A stretch of DNA of 64,000 nucleotides from Carpediemonas membranifera BICM (GCA_019828565.1 JAHDYR010000016.1:211053-275052); one strand, 5' to 3'. Shown: positions 1 to 11,123, counted from the first letter of the stretch. Program-made: numbers and translations. Notes: a model not told the origin generated them from the sequence alone.

Positions 1-751
1 TGCGCTGAGCCTGGCCCTTGTTCGCCTTCATCACGAGCATGGCGTCGTGCAAGTTCTCTATGTGTGACCCGAGCGACCCGAGTCTGAGGTTGGTGGGGTC
101 GACGACCTCAGCCGGTGTCTGTGGGAAGAGCGTTGTGGGGACTACCCGGCCGATGCTCTGCTCCAGGGCAACCACGGAGCGGGCGAGGTAGGCGCGGGCG
201 TGGGCCTGGATGACGACGTCGCCGATGCCACGGCAGGAGGTGCGGATACGACGTATGACATCGTTCATCTCGTTCAGAGGGATCAGGAACCTGTATGTAG
301 CGAGCAGGGCGAGCTCGATGTAGATTCTGGGGACCAGCTCGCGGATGGAGGAGATCTTCATGATCCAGTTGCGGCACGTCGACTTCACTTCTTCGTTGAT
401 CTCAGAGCAATCAAACTCGGCTGTCAGCTGTGGGTTAGCGGCGTAGGCACGGTCGCGAAGGCGTCTGTAGACCTTCTCGCCGAAGGAATCAAGAACACGG
501 ATGGCTTCGTGCCACGTCCTGGAGTAGAATGAGGCGACGGAGGCGTCGGCAAGGTACTTGCATGCCTGAATAGTGGCCTTGAGTGCAGCAATCTTCTCAT
601 CCTGAGCCCAGCTGCGCTCAAGCGACTGAAGCAGCTCGCGAATTCCGGCGGTGATCTGCTTGCGCGTAGATCCCTTGATGGAACCGAGTTCGTCTGTCAT
701 AAGAATGACAGGGAAGGATTGCTCGATGGCGTCGATGTCTATATCCGCCAT
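1..751 (-). CDS. VPS35L: VPS35-like Retriever subunit (C16orf62), 5' part; runs off the window edge
   Basis: Not in the ORF track because it has no stop in the window. Manual translation from the ATG at 751 gives MADIDIDAIEQ...LERSWAQDEKIAALKATIQACKYLADASVASFY...LDSFGEKVYRR...TCRNWIMKISSIRELVPRIYIE, matching VPS35L motifs (W..D.KV.ALK..IQ..K.L.D; TC.NW..KI.SIREL.PR.Y.E). Confidence 0.85.
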   Translation of the reverse strand, partial: MADIDIDAIEQSFPVILMTDELGSIKGSTRKQITAGIRELLQSLERSWAQDEKIAALKATIQACKYLADASVASFYSRTWHEAIRVLDSFGEKVYRRLRDRAYAANPQLTAEFDCSEINEEVKSTCRNWIMKISSIRELVPRIYIELALLATYRFLIPLNEMNDVIRRIRTSCRGIGDVVIQAHARAYLARSVVALEQSIGRVVPTTLFPQTPAEVVDPTNLRLGSLGSHIENLHDAMLVMKANKGQAQR

Positions 752-998
752 TCTTGTTGGGTCGTTTGTCTGCTCCGACTGGATGAAAGTCGTTTGCAAA
801 TGCAGAGGAGAGATGAAGTGTGGTTAACAAGGGTGAGGGAATAAAAAGGGATGAAGTGTGTGGCTGGGCCACGAAACAGAGCGTCTTCTTCATGCCCGTT
901 TGATGTTCCTCTCGTCGGGCCGGCAGAGGTCTCGGACACTCAGAAAGAAGTGATGCTATTTAGTAATCTCCAAACGTCAACATGACATCCCCACAAGC

Positions 999-1454
999 CT
1001 ACAAGATCTCATCCAACGCCAGCGTCTTCCCGCTCTCCTCGATGATCTTGAAAGCCGTCTCCCTCGGCACTGACGACATGATCATCTTGTTGAACACCTG
1101 CACTGTCGGAATACCCACCTTGAGCTGCCTATAGTACATGGCGTACTCGGGGTTGGACTGAAGGCCGCTGGGTGCGGCGGTGGCGGCCTCGGGTTGTGCC
1201 ACGGCGCTTGTGCTCGCTTGCGCTGGTGCTTGTTCAACAGCCGCGGCGGGCATGTTCTCGGGCTCATCGGGAACCGTACTAAGCTTTGATTCTAACATGC
1301 ATATGATCTCATTTGTGCGTGTGAGCGTCTTGTCGGCTTCGTCCAGCTTCGAATGACACGTCCGCGCGAATTCATCGATAAAATATGTCGTTGAGATGAT
1401 AAAGGCGTTGATTGCAGCCAACGTACGTTCTCTATCAAGCGGCGCTGTCGACAT
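999..1454 (-). CDS. WASHC3: WASH complex subunit 3 (CCDC53)
   Basis: LDRERTLAAINAFIIST..F...C..KL...LESKLSTVP N-terminus and C-terminal PEYAMYYRQLKVGIP...NKM motif. Confidence 0.85.
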   Translation of the reverse strand: MSTAPLDRERTLAAINAFIISTTYFIDEFARTCHSKLDEADKTLTRTNEIICMLESKLSTVPDEPENMPAAAVEQAPAQASTSAVAQPEAATAAPSGLQSNPEYAMYYRQLKVGIPTVQVFNKMIMSSVPRETAFKIIEESGKTLALDEIL

Positions 1455-1605
1455 CAGTACTCAGTGGGTTAAACTGCGTTTTTCTTCAAATGGGGCACGA
1501 GTCCGATAAGGAGTCTATAAGGGGCATATAAGACCCCATGCTTGTGTTTCTAGCAAACACGCTCGTCTTTACAAATGATCTCGTCATCTGACCCACGACC
1601 AGGGA

Positions 1606-2242
1606 TCAGGGCTGCTCGGTGGCTTCAGCCTCTGGATCTTGCTGGGGCTCGTCTACAACCTCCTCTTCGGGCGCTGGCTCTGCTTCCTTGATCTGCTCTG
1701 AGTCCTCCGGAGCAGCAGCTTCAGCCTCAGCCTCAGGCTCGGCAGCGTCTTCACTAACAATGGGCTCGGCCGGAGCATCGGATGGCGTCTCCGGGATGCC
1801 GTCCGCGGTGACTGCCGCCAGGGCGGCCATGGCCTCGCCGTTGCCGACCTTAAGCTGATCAACCTCGCCCGACAGTTCCTCGAGCGCGTGCTTCTCCCGC
1901 TCGACCATGTCGTGTACCTGCCTATGCATCTTACCCACGCGTTGCTGGACGGTGAGGACCTTGCCGCTGAGCTTGGTCACGCGCTTGTTGGCCGTCCGGA
2001 GCTTGTTGGAGTATTCGTCGAGTGGGACAACAGTGGCCACTTCCTTGAAGTCCTCAAGGGCTGAATAATGCATTAAAGTTGTACAAACTCTTCATGAGGT
2101 CACCAATCCGACTGAGGAGCTCGGCCTGGTTCGTCTGGATCGAGGAAATGGACGTCATGATACTCTCCACGCCAGGCTTCAAGAATGACTGAATCTCAGT
2201 CGATAGAGTCTCCTGAAACGCAGTCTGCTCGCTTCCAGACAT
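1606..2242 (-). CDS. SNAPIN: SNAPIN / BLOC-1 subunit 7-like, 2 exons
   Basis: A 28-nt GT-AG intron at 2061-2088 joins ORF 2054..2242 to ORF 1606..2073. The spliced protein has NQAELL...LDEYSNKLRTANKRVTKLSGKVLTVQQRV, resembling the Snapin coiled coil, plus an acidic tail. Confidence 0.65.
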
Positions 2243-2352
2243 TGTTTTAGTAGTTTTAGTATGCTGACTTCCGGACTATTTGACAAGATCCTTAACCTGC
2301 GAATTATTCTCACATGTGACTCTCCTGCGACCCCAGCCAAACTATACACCGT

Positions 2353-4062
2353 TTAAATCTGATCGACCTGCCGGACCTCCGTAACCCGCGCCCTGACGCC
2401 GTCCGTCGTCGGGTTCAGCATCAGCACGCACGTCTTCTGGCCCCCAAGCTCGCTGTTGTCCTTCACCGCTGCTGCGAGTGACGCCTCGCGGTCTCTGGAC
2501 AGCCAGCCCCTGTTCTTGCGGGTCTCGGGCTCCACGACGTACGTCCTCCCCGCCATCTCTGCCCGGGGCTCCGTCCTGGCGTCCTCAGCGTGCTGTGCGA
2601 AGGGGTGGAGCTCCTCGTCGTCGGCCAGCTCACCCAGCCGTCTCATGTCGTCCGGGTGGCGGGCACAGCGGACGATGCGGCCGCCCTGCTTCGAGTAGAG
2701 CACGCCGTACCAGTCGACGGTGCGTTTGGCCACGGTTGACACGGCGAAGGTGGGGGCGGCGACCATGTAGATGATGGCACCCGCGACGAAGCCCCACTTC
2801 TTGAACATGAAGGGCTCGCCCCGCTCCTTGCCCTGCTGGCCGGCCACCACGTCTACGAGCACCGTAAGCGTCCACTTGTTGACAACAATGGCGAGGTACG
2901 CGGCGATGAGGATGAGAGTGAGCATGAGTGCGTCGAGGGCGAGGTAGGGCGAGGGCGGGGTCCTGTCCGAGACGTACTGGTACAGCGACCACACTGCCCA
3001 GGGGCCGATGGACGCGAGCTGGGCGATCACGGAGAGGGTGGGGATGAGGATCACGGGCAGGGCCAGGGCTGCGAGGGTGACCTGCAGTCTGTTCTGGAGC
3101 CAGTCTGCCCTGGTGAAGTACGTGTCGAGCGTGACGAACTGGCGCTGGACGAAGTTGAACGTCTTTTTGACGGGCTCGACCACGCGGAGGTCGCCTCTGA
3201 AGAGCACGCGCGGGTCGGCCACGATCCTCTTGCCCGTCTGGTGGGCGATGTTGCTGACGGCCATGTCGTCCGAGTAGCCGCCGTCGCGCCAGATGTCCAG
3301 AATGCCGTGCCGGTTGGCCCTCAGGTCGGCCGTGCGGATCATGAAGCAGCCGCCCCAGGCGAAGGGGCAGTACTTGTTGGCAAACGACGAGAGGTTGATG
3401 ATGCGGTAGAGCGACAGGAAGTGAGACATCAGAGTCGACTTCGTCTCGGGCGGGGGCACCTCCACGATGTAGCCCGTGCTGATCCAGTTCTTAGGCTTCT
3501 CGTCCTCGTCGTCGGGGTTGGCCATGCCTTCCTCAATCGCCCTGACGAGGATCTCGATGGTGTTGGGGTTCGTCCCGAGGTCGTCGTCGAGGAAGAGGGT
3601 GTAGCGGGAGTCGGGGTTGGACGCCTGGGTGCCGGCGATCATGTTGTGAATCTTCTGGGCGTTATGCCAGGAGAGGCCAGAGATGACCTGCTTGCACTCG
3701 ATGTGGCGGCTGTCAGACGGGCTGCGGTTGGCGTAGAACTCCCTGAGGAAGTCCTCGATGTGCTCAGTGGCGGGGTCGTTCTTACTCTCCGTCACGAAGA
3801 CGAACTCGACGTTTTGGTAGGATGTGGACGTCTGTGCGCGCCAGAAGTTGAGCTTCTCTGGGTTAAAGCCCTTGATGGGCATAACTACGGAGACGAGAGG
3901 CATCGTACGCTCCTCGTTCACGGCATCAGGGCAATTGTTCCTAACTCCGCGCAGCTTGTACCGAGAGATGGCAAGGATCGCCCAGAATGATGTGAAAGCC
4001 ACGATAGTGACGAATGCTTCCGCGTTAAAGACGCATAGCAGGAGGAATACCAGGTTCAACAT
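2353..4062 (-). CDS. Glucosylceramide synthase-like glycosyltransferase (GT21/GT2)
   Basis: VSVVMPIKG, QKIHN, FLDDD, AWGGC, GGYSDDM and RQ motifs with N- and C-terminal TM segments, as in plant-type ceramide glucosyltransferase. Start uncertain; MLNLV chosen. Confidence 0.8.
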   Translation of the reverse strand: MLNLVFLLLCVFNAEAFVTIVAFTSFWAILAISRYKLRGVRNNCPDAVNEERTMPLVSVVMPIKGFNPEKLNFWRAQTSTSYQNVEFVFVTESKNDPATEHIEDFLREFYANRSPSDSRHIECKQVISGLSWHNAQKIHNMIAGTQASNPDSRYTLFLDDDLGTNPNTIEILVRAIEEGMANPDDEDEKPKNWISTGYIVEVPPPETKSTLMSHFLSLYRIINLSSFANKYCPFAWGGCFMIRTADLRANRHGILDIWRDGGYSDDMAVSNIAHQTGKRIVADPRVLFRGDLRVVEPVKKTFNFVQRQFVTLDTYFTRADWLQNRLQVTLAALALPVILIPTLSVIAQLASIGPWAVWSLYQYVSDRTPPSPYLALDALMLTLILIAAYLAIVVNKWTLTVLVDVVAGQQGKERGEPFMFKKWGFVAGAIIYMVAAPTFAVSTVAKRTVDWYGVLYSKQGGRIVRCARHPDDMRRLGELADDEELHPFAQHAEDARTEPRAEMAGRTYVVEPETRKNRGWLSRDREASLAAAVKDNSELGGQKTCVLMLNPTTDGVRARVTEVRQVDQI

Positions 4063-4327
4063 CCTCCAGCAGCGGGAACCTAAACCTGCTCGCGGGGCCA
4101 GGCTGACTGTGACCGGGGTGAGGCGGACGAGTTCTGTCTGAGTACAGCTATAGCATGTTTGCATCAATTACCGCGCGTTTCCAGCTTTCGGTTGAGCCGC
4201 CGCTCCTTGCTATCATCCTGTCCTGCTCCAGCTCTCAGATCCAGCACGCCGTCACCCCAGCGACTGATTTACCTGATTTACCTATACTATGTACTGCGCC
4301 ATCCTTGTACTGTTACACAGCCATCTT

Positions 4328-4825
4328 CTAGCTGCTCGGGAACGGCGATGCGGCCAGGCTGCTGATATCGCTCATGGTTCCGGCGACCGAAGCGCGTGCT
4401 TTCCTGTGCAGCTGGGAGGTCCGCTCGAGCTGTGATCTGGCCGACCCGAGCGCGGTCTGCAGACGAACAACAACGCTCTTAAGCGCCGCGTTTTCACTCT
4501 TGAGCTCTGTATTCTCCTGTCTCAGAGCCTTGTTCTCGCTCTTTAGCCTTTCTTCGTCCTCAGCGGTGAAGCGGGGCACGACATTGTCTTCCGGGTCCAG
4601 CTCGTAGGGCAAGAGAATCTGACCATCAGCTAATTCGGCCGCAATGAAATCTAATTGTGTTGCTAAATGCTGAATTTCGGTTTCGTCGGCAACACCTTGC
4701 CAGGTACGTGGCGAGGATTCGAAATCGTTTTTCATGGTTTCTACCCAGTTGAGCACTCGTGAAAAGCGATCGAAGTGAATCGCATGATCCGACTGATCGG
4801 ATTGGGATAGCTCATCCAGCTCCAT
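4328..4825 (-). CDS. Hypothetical coiled-coil protein
   Basis: Open frame with heptad repeats (LKSENKALRQENTELKSENAALK). Start taken at the first ATG (MELDEL). Confidence 0.55.
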   Translation of the reverse strand: MELDELSQSDQSDHAIHFDRFSRVLNWVETMKNDFESSPRTWQGVADETEIQHLATQLDFIAAELADGQILLPYELDPEDNVVPRFTAEDEERLKSENKALRQENTELKSENAALKSVVVRLQTALGSARSQLERTSQLHRKARASVAGTMSDISSLAASPFPSS

Positions 4826-5037
4826 CGGTCGAATTGCAAGCGTGCGATTATGAAGCGACCTCGGGCTAAACTGCACCGACTGTCCAAGCTCCTATGAGCT
4901 CGGCCAGGGGCTAGCGGGGCCATGGATGGAGTAGGATAAGTCTCCGCTACATATTCTCTAGCATAAATCTGAGAATTTCGCCGGTGACACGTCATTTAAA
5001 CTTCCGGACAAATTTATGTACGCCTTGCAAGCCTCTC

Positions 5038-6597
5038 CTACGCCAGCACTGCACCTACCGACACAGTCCATGGCTCCTCGAACTCGAGTTCGGTGATCCC
5101 CCGTTCAATCTCCGGGTCGGGCACGGCATGACACTCGGGGTCGCTGATCATATCAGCACTGGGCTCTGTGTCCTCGGTCACCATCGCTGCATCCGGCTCT
5201 GCTTCATCATCTTCCTCGGCCTCGTCTCCGGCCCCGGCCCCGGCCTCTGTCTCCAGGACACAGAAGTCCAGCGGGATGGCAAGAGTCAGCCCGCCCTCGC
5301 CGTCGTCCTCAACAATGGTCTTCTCCTCCATGGCCTCCTCATCCTCATCCGCCTCGGGGTCCGAGTCGAACTGCTCCTCGACGACACCTGGACAGTCGCT
5401 CTCAACATCATCCTCCTCGGGTTCCGCAGCAACATTCTCCGTTGACGCAGCGACACACAAGTCCTTGCCGGTTGGTGCCGACGGGGGTGACGGCTGTGCC
5501 GACTTCGATGCGTCATACAGGGGCGATGCCGTACACACAAACGGCTGGCCGACCACAGCGTCCCGACCAAACATCACCGAGCCGAGGCTGATGGCGCACC
5601 GCTGCTGCTCGATCCGCTTCTTGATGAGATACGCCGCCATCGATGCCTTGCCCTGCGCCACTGCCAGGTCGGCCGGAGTCTGCCCCTGCGTCGTCCGGAT
5701 AGTATAGCTCGCCCCGTGTGAGTCCAGGATATCTACGGCCTTCACCTTGCCCACCACGGCGGCAACATGCAGCGGGGTGACCCCGTCCCGAGTGGCTGCG
5801 TTGACGTCGGCTCCATGTGCGATGAGCAGCTGGGCCACGGTTGAACGGCGTTTCTGGATAGCAACGTGTAGCGGTGACACACCAGAGAACGATAGAATAG
5901 TCGGGTCTGCGCCGAACGCCAGCAGCAGCTTCACAGCCCCCTTGGAGCCCTCCATGACGAGTCGGAACAAGGGTGTCCTACCCCGCCTGTCCCTATAGTT
6001 GATACAGTCGGGCGCCTTCATCAGCATCCGCATGAGGGGGTAGTTATCCTTAGCCCCAGAGCGCACTAGGAGCTCGGCTCGATAAATCGCCCAGCTCTCG
6101 GTGAAAATCGCGTCCATCGTCTCGCTGTTGTTTGTCTCTGTGGCCTTGGTGAGCGCAGAGATCTTGCCCACCGTCGGATCGGCTCCAGCTCTGAGTAGCG
6201 CCACGACGGCGGGGAGCCATGCTTTCTTGACGGCAAGGCAGAGGGCGGTGCATTGGTTCTCGGCGAGCCGGTTGACATTGATGTTGAAGCTGGCGAGCAG
6301 TGGAATCGCATTGAGCCTGTTCATCTTCACTGCGAGGTATGCGAGCGGCATCGTGGTCGTGTCAAAGGCATAGTAAGGCAGAAGCGTCGCCAGGAAGTCG
6401 GGGCGGTTGTGGATGATGGCGCTTCCGAGGAGATCCATGCCCTTTGTGTTGTGCTTTCCAATGAATGCCGCAGAATTGTCTCTGCGGCGCAAAAGTTCGG
6501 CGAGCTTCGTATGGAAGCTGACAATCGATGTTTCTGGATTCCGAATTAGATCACGGAGCGCCTTATTGGCCTCAATGACGCCAATTGTGGCTTTCAT
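5038..6597 (-). CDS. Ankyrin-repeat protein with acidic C-terminus
   Basis: GRTPLF, GVSPLHVA, GVTPLHVAA, GQTPADLA and LL..GAD repeats. Confidence 0.9.
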   Translation of the reverse strand: MKATIGVIEANKALRDLIRNPETSIVSFHTKLAELLRRRDNSAAFIGKHNTKGMDLLGSAIIHNRPDFLATLLPYYAFDTTTMPLAYLAVKMNRLNAIPLLASFNINVNRLAENQCTALCLAVKKAWLPAVVALLRAGADPTVGKISALTKATETNNSETMDAIFTESWAIYRAELLVRSGAKDNYPLMRMLMKAPDCINYRDRRGRTPLFRLVMEGSKGAVKLLLAFGADPTILSFSGVSPLHVAIQKRRSTVAQLLIAHGADVNAATRDGVTPLHVAAVVGKVKAVDILDSHGASYTIRTTQGQTPADLAVAQGKASMAAYLIKKRIEQQRCAISLGSVMFGRDAVVGQPFVCTASPLYDASKSAQPSPPSAPTGKDLCVAASTENVAAEPEEDDVESDCPGVVEEQFDSDPEADEDEEAMEEKTIVEDDGEGGLTLAIPLDFCVLETEAGAGAGDEAEEDDEAEPDAAMVTEDTEPSADMISDPECHAVPDPEIERGITELEFEEPWTVSVGAVLA

Positions 6598-6776
6598 GTG
6601 TGGAGTGGTTGTGTCACGGCATACTACGGCTCAGAGTGCGAACTGACGCTTGACACGCCAGAATTTAAGAAATTGTTAAATTCGGTCCAACCCAGGTTGT
6701 CGGCCAACCACCAGTTCGCCGGCTCGTCTCATTGGTCAGTTTACATTGGCGCAGGCGTGTCATGTATCACCCCACC

Positions 6777-7719
6777 TCAGGCGCTCTCCGCCGTCGTCCC
6801 CGCGTGGGGCACCTCGCCCTCGCCCTCCGCCAGGACGACGGCCTTGGGTTTCTCGTGCTCAATGGCCTTGCCGTCCTCGTGATATTCGATCAAATTGTCA
6901 ATCAAACGATGGCACGCGGTGACTGATCTCACGAGCGACGAGATGAAGAGCGAGAGGTAGAAGTCATTCATCCGCTCGTTCACGGCTGTGATGAGCTGCT
7001 TATCCTCGCTGTTGGGCAGGATACAGAAGATCTCCTGGATCATCATGTTAATCTGTTGATTGAGTGGCAGCTTGCCCTCCACGACGAGATTCATGTATTC
7101 CAGCACCTCATGCATGCACCGCTTGAACGCGTCGAGTGCGGACACCTTCTTCTCGACCTGTGCGGCCATGGGAAGGTGCTTGAACTGGAGGATGTCTCGA
7201 AGAAGATGCTCCACGCCGATGGCCTCGGCCTCGAGGTAACCTATGTTGTAGTTAACGTGCTTGAACACTTTCTCACCGTCGTTGTTGCGGCATACGTAGG
7301 CCGAGAGGGGCAGGAACGGCGAGCCGCTCTGGATGTCGACCAAGAGGTAGAGGGGGTCGCTCGCATCGTGCGTGAAGAGGTCATGGATGCGCATGTCATG
7401 TGCCAGGAGCGAGCTGCCCGTGCTGTACCATCCGACGAAGTGCTCGCGGGACGATACGCGGTGGAAGAGCTGTAGCATCTCCCGGTGGAAGAGGTCATCG
7501 AGGAACCAGATCTGGTTGTCCTCGGCGTCCTCGTCATAGGGGACTGTGTGATGGATAAGTGCATGGGAACGTACTAGCATAGCAATTGGTGACCTCCAGC
7601 TTGTTCCCGACCTTTTCTCCGAGAAGGGCGCCTACTACGCGCTTGTTCGTCTGACTAGCTATTCTGTTATAGTGATCTACAATGGATAGAAGCACAATAG
7701 GGTGCACAGAAACCTCCAT
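6777..7719 (-). CDS. RPN8: 26S proteasome lid subunit Rpn8 (PSMD7), 2 exons
   Basis: [15 protein letters not shown]...KRVVGALLG...VTNCYA joined by a 31-nt intron (7544-7574) to PYDED...IWFLD...VGWYSTG...[14 protein letters not shown]. Confidence 0.95.
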
Positions 7720-7866
7720 TGTGTTATTGATCACTGATCGTTGTCGCGCTGCAAGAAAAACATTCTCGGCATGACATGTTGCCCAACACAGCTGGCACCA
7801 GCCCAGTAGACCCAACCCAGCATCTCGCCAACCAAACCGCCCCTCTGATCCGCATTTATAAACTGA

Positions 7867-9930
7867 CTATCTAGTCTTGGGCTTGTACTTCCGACGCTGC
7901 CAGTCGGCGTGCTTGTCTGCCACAAGCCGCTTCACCCGGGCCGACCTGAACTGCTTGTTCTTAACCCGCTCGCTGTGTGCGATCATCACCTGGTTCTTGT
8001 TCTTGGTCTTGACCTGGTTAGACGACCCACCGCCCTTGTTCTTGCCCCGAGAGCTCCCGTGCTCAGTAGGCAGGTTGTCCTTGCTGTGGGCCACCATCTC
8101 CTCCTTGCTCATACGGACGTGCTTGGCGTTCGCCAGCAGCCGCTCGGGATCGACCTCCACGCCGACGGACTTGCCGAGCTCCATCACCGTCCGCTGCGCC
8201 TTGATCTCGTCCAGACGCCGGAAGTCGTCGTCGGTCAAGATTCTGACCGTATCAGCCCGGGGCCCGGTCTCCTCGGCCTCGCCCCTCTGCCGCGCGGCCT
8301 CCTGCTCGGCCTCGTACGCCTTGACGTCCTCCTCGTCGGGCGCCTCCTCGACCCAGACGTCGGAGTCGGAGTCGGAGTCGGAGTACACGCCCCAGCCGGC
8401 CCCCTCGCCGGCCTCCTCGGGCTTCTCGGGGTCAAGCATGTCTGCGCCCTCGAGGCTGGTTGCGGGCTTAGCCATGCGGCCGAACTGCACGCCCTCGATC
8501 ATGCCGTGGCGCTCCTCGAATGCGGCCTGTCTGCCGCGCATGTTGCCGGGCAGGATCGCGGGGTTGACCATGCGATAGAACGAGAGCAGCCCGCCCGCCG
8601 CGGACGACACACCCTTGTCCTTGTGTCTGCGGTACTCCACGAGCTCCTGCAGCAGCTCCTTGTTGTCCTCGTCGAACACCAGCGGCTGCCTGCTGGCGAT
8701 CTCCCGGATGGTGTTCAGCCCGATGGTCGGGAACTCCGTCCGCATGCCCTCCTGGATGAACTCGTTGGCGATCTTCCGCACGATCGGCTGCAGGGCGGCG
8801 GGGGGCACCTCGGGGTTCACGGCCTGCGACAGGACGGCCATGACCATCGTCACCTCGCTCTGACGGGCCTTGACGTACCTCTCGATGTACACGAAGAACT
8901 CCTCGATGAACAGGCCGTCCTGGGCGATCACCAGCGACAGCAGACGCAGTGTTGCCAGCCGCGTCTTCAGCTTCAACTTGCTCCTGGCCAGGGTGACCGT
9001 GACGAGACGCTCGGCGAAGGACTCGCTGTCCCGTAGGAGGGCGATGGCGTTGTTTGTGTGGCGGATGGTCTCGTCCGTCTCCTGGGGGTTGGCCGTCCGC
9101 TTCTTCCGCTCGAGCTGGGCCTGCATCGCCTCAATCTTCCTCTCGCGCTTCTTCTTGTTCTTCGTAGCCTTCTGGATGGTCAGCATCTCGCGCTGGATCT
9201 GGTGGGCGAGGCCCGTGATGCCCCGCTCGATGTCGAGCGTGTCCTTCTCCTCCGCGAGCTTGTCCTGGTCGCTAAAGAACGCCAGCGCCTCCCTCACCAT
9301 CACCTCCTCGCGGTGGAAGCAGGCCTCGGCGATGGCGTTGACCAGGTTGGCGAGGCGGTTGCCCTCGTACACCTTCTTCTTGTAGAGGTCAATGAGGAGG
9401 CGGATCGACGTGCGGGCGATGCTGAGCTCGTCCCGGTTGACACTGTGGATGACATGGGTCAGTACAGCCGTGGAGTTGCTGTACTTGCGCTGGATGCGGC
9501 GAAGAATGAAGTTGTAGGTCGCCTGGCGGAGGCCCTTGTCCTCGATGGCGTAGAGATCGAAGAAGTGGGGCATCAGCGTCAGAAAATCGTCCTGGGTCAG
9601 GCACTCGCGGTTGTGGATGAGGCCGAGGGACTGGACGATGGCTAGGCGCACGTCGGGGTGCATCGTCTGGCTGCGTTCAGTCGAGAGGGACAGCAACGCG
9701 TCATAGATCTCGCGGGTGTACTCCTTGTACACCGTAGCCATCTGAGCGATGAAGCGGACGAGGTTGATGAGGTCTGAGGAGGTGTGTTGGTCATTTGCCT
9801 TGAACAGCTCCACACGCGCCTCGAAATGGGACTTCTGCGCTAGGAACTCCTCCTTATACCCATCGGGATCCTGCTTGGCGAACCTCTGAAGGTCATGCAG
9901 ATCTAGAATCGTCGGTTCGGCGTCCTCCAT
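7867..9930 (-). CDS. SDA1: SDA1 60S ribosome biogenesis factor
   Basis: DLQ..AKQDPDGYKEEF, GLNTIREI..RQPL, KDKGV..AA..L...YR.VNP..L...RGR, RILTDDDF and K.KNKN..M motifs. Confidence 0.92.
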   Translation of the reverse strand: MEDAEPTILDLHDLQRFAKQDPDGYKEEFLAQKSHFEARVELFKANDQHTSSDLINLVRFIAQMATVYKEYTREIYDALLSLSTERSQTMHPDVRLAIVQSLGLIHNRECLTQDDFLTLMPHFFDLYAIEDKGLRQATYNFILRRIQRKYSNSTAVLTHVIHSVNRDELSIARTSIRLLIDLYKKKVYEGNRLANLVNAIAEACFHREEVMVREALAFFSDQDKLAEEKDTLDIERGITGLAHQIQREMLTIQKATKNKKKRERKIEAMQAQLERKKRTANPQETDETIRHTNNAIALLRDSESFAERLVTVTLARSKLKLKTRLATLRLLSLVIAQDGLFIEEFFVYIERYVKARQSEVTMVMAVLSQAVNPEVPPAALQPIVRKIANEFIQEGMRTEFPTIGLNTIREIASRQPLVFDEDNKELLQELVEYRRHKDKGVSSAAGGLLSFYRMVNPAILPGNMRGRQAAFEERHGMIEGVQFGRMAKPATSLEGADMLDPEKPEEAGEGAGWGVYSDSDSDSDVWVEEAPDEEDVKAYEAEQEAARQRGEAEETGPRADTVRILTDDDFRRLDEIKAQRTVMELGKSVGVEVDPERLLANAKHVRMSKEEMVAHSKDNLPTEHGSSRGKNKGGGSSNQVKTKNKNQVMIAHSERVKNKQFRSARVKRLVADKHADWQRRKYKPKTR

Positions 9931-10181
9931 CGCTTGAGCAAGAGGCAGGATAAGGCTCTACCGCTTTGGACCAGACAGGGTCCGGACGGTGCAACGAGAC
10001 GCCTCTACCGCCAATTACCGTCGGCCCAGGCAATCGGCCCGTTGGCCAAAGTCAGTCCGGCTGAGTCCAGTATTATGAGACGGTCGAGCCCCCCTTGAAC
10101 GCCCGCCAGCTGGCGTACACAGCACACCTCGCCCCATAGTCCGCCGCCGTAGCCATGCATATTTACAAAGCCGCCGTCCGC

Positions 10182-11123
10182 TCAGGCGTCCATCTCACTG
10201 CCGCCCAGGGCCTCTGTGGCCGTGTTCGACTGGCCGCTGTCAGACATCTCGCTCTCGGACGCCTCGCTGGTCCAGATACTGTCTGCCGGGTTAATCAGGT
10301 GCTCGGAACGGTTCTTGCGTCTGCGGATACGGCGGTGGGTAGGGAAGATGCAGAACGTCAGAATGCCCTGGATCACACCGCAAGCGCTGTTGAACAGGGC
10401 CGGGGAGGCTGTGATGATGGCTTCCCTGCAATGCAGCGCCTTTACGACCCTGTACCAGTAGAGCGGCAGCTGGAAGGGCAGCGTCGACAGGAGCACGAAG
10501 GCCACGGGGAGGAAGCCGGCCAAGCAGTTCCTCTTGGCTTTGATACACGAGGACAGGGCGTGTCCGAGGGAGATGAGGCTGAATCCGATGGTGACAGTGA
10601 GGACGATGAAATAAAACGGGAAAAAGACAGCCATGCCAGGCCACGAAATGTCTTGGAAGAAGCGCTTGGGGTTGCCGAAGAAGACGGTAACAGGGGTTGC
10701 GAGTACAACAACAGCAGCGGCCAGCGCGTGGACGAAAACTAGCCAAGCGACGACGACAAAGTGAACAGTGCGCTTCTGAACATTGAAAATGGAGTGAAGC
10801 ACGCTGAACATGACGAATACGGCTGTATGCCCCAGGAGTTCGATGTCAGCGGCCTCCCAATAGATGACGCCAATGACTCTGGTTACAGGCAGGTAATCAG
10901 GTAAGAATTGACGGAGAGATGAAAGTGCCTGAACCAGTGCCAGCATGGTCAGATAGCCATATGGAGCTACCTCTCGGAAATCTTTCTTATAATGCTCGGG
11001 TAAGCGCTTTTGCTTGAATAATGCTGCAATCGAAATGCTGAACATTATAAACGCACCAATGAGCCCCACTATACCGCCAAAGAAGCCTAGCGCGTCAATT
11101 GTCCAGAATGTTTTGTATACCAT
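10182..11123 (-). CDS. Multi-pass membrane protein, about 7 TM, GPCR-like
   Basis: About seven hydrophobic segments by eye. The last is LFNSACGVIQGILTFCIF, followed by a basic and Ser-rich tail. Confidence 0.6.
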   Translation of the reverse strand: MVYKTFWTIDALGFFGGIVGLIGAFIMFSISIAALFKQKRLPEHYKKDFREVAPYGYLTMLALVQALSSLRQFLPDYLPVTRVIGVIYWEAADIELLGHTAVFVMFSVLHSIFNVQKRTVHFVVVAWLVFVHALAAAVVVLATPVTVFFGNPKRFFQDISWPGMAVFFPFYFIVLTVTIGFSLISLGHALSSCIKAKRNCLAGFLPVAFVLLSTLPFQLPLYWYRVVKALHCREAIITASPALFNSACGVIQGILTFCIFPTHRRIRRRKNRSEHLINPADSIWTSEASESEMSDSGQSNTATEALGGSEMDA

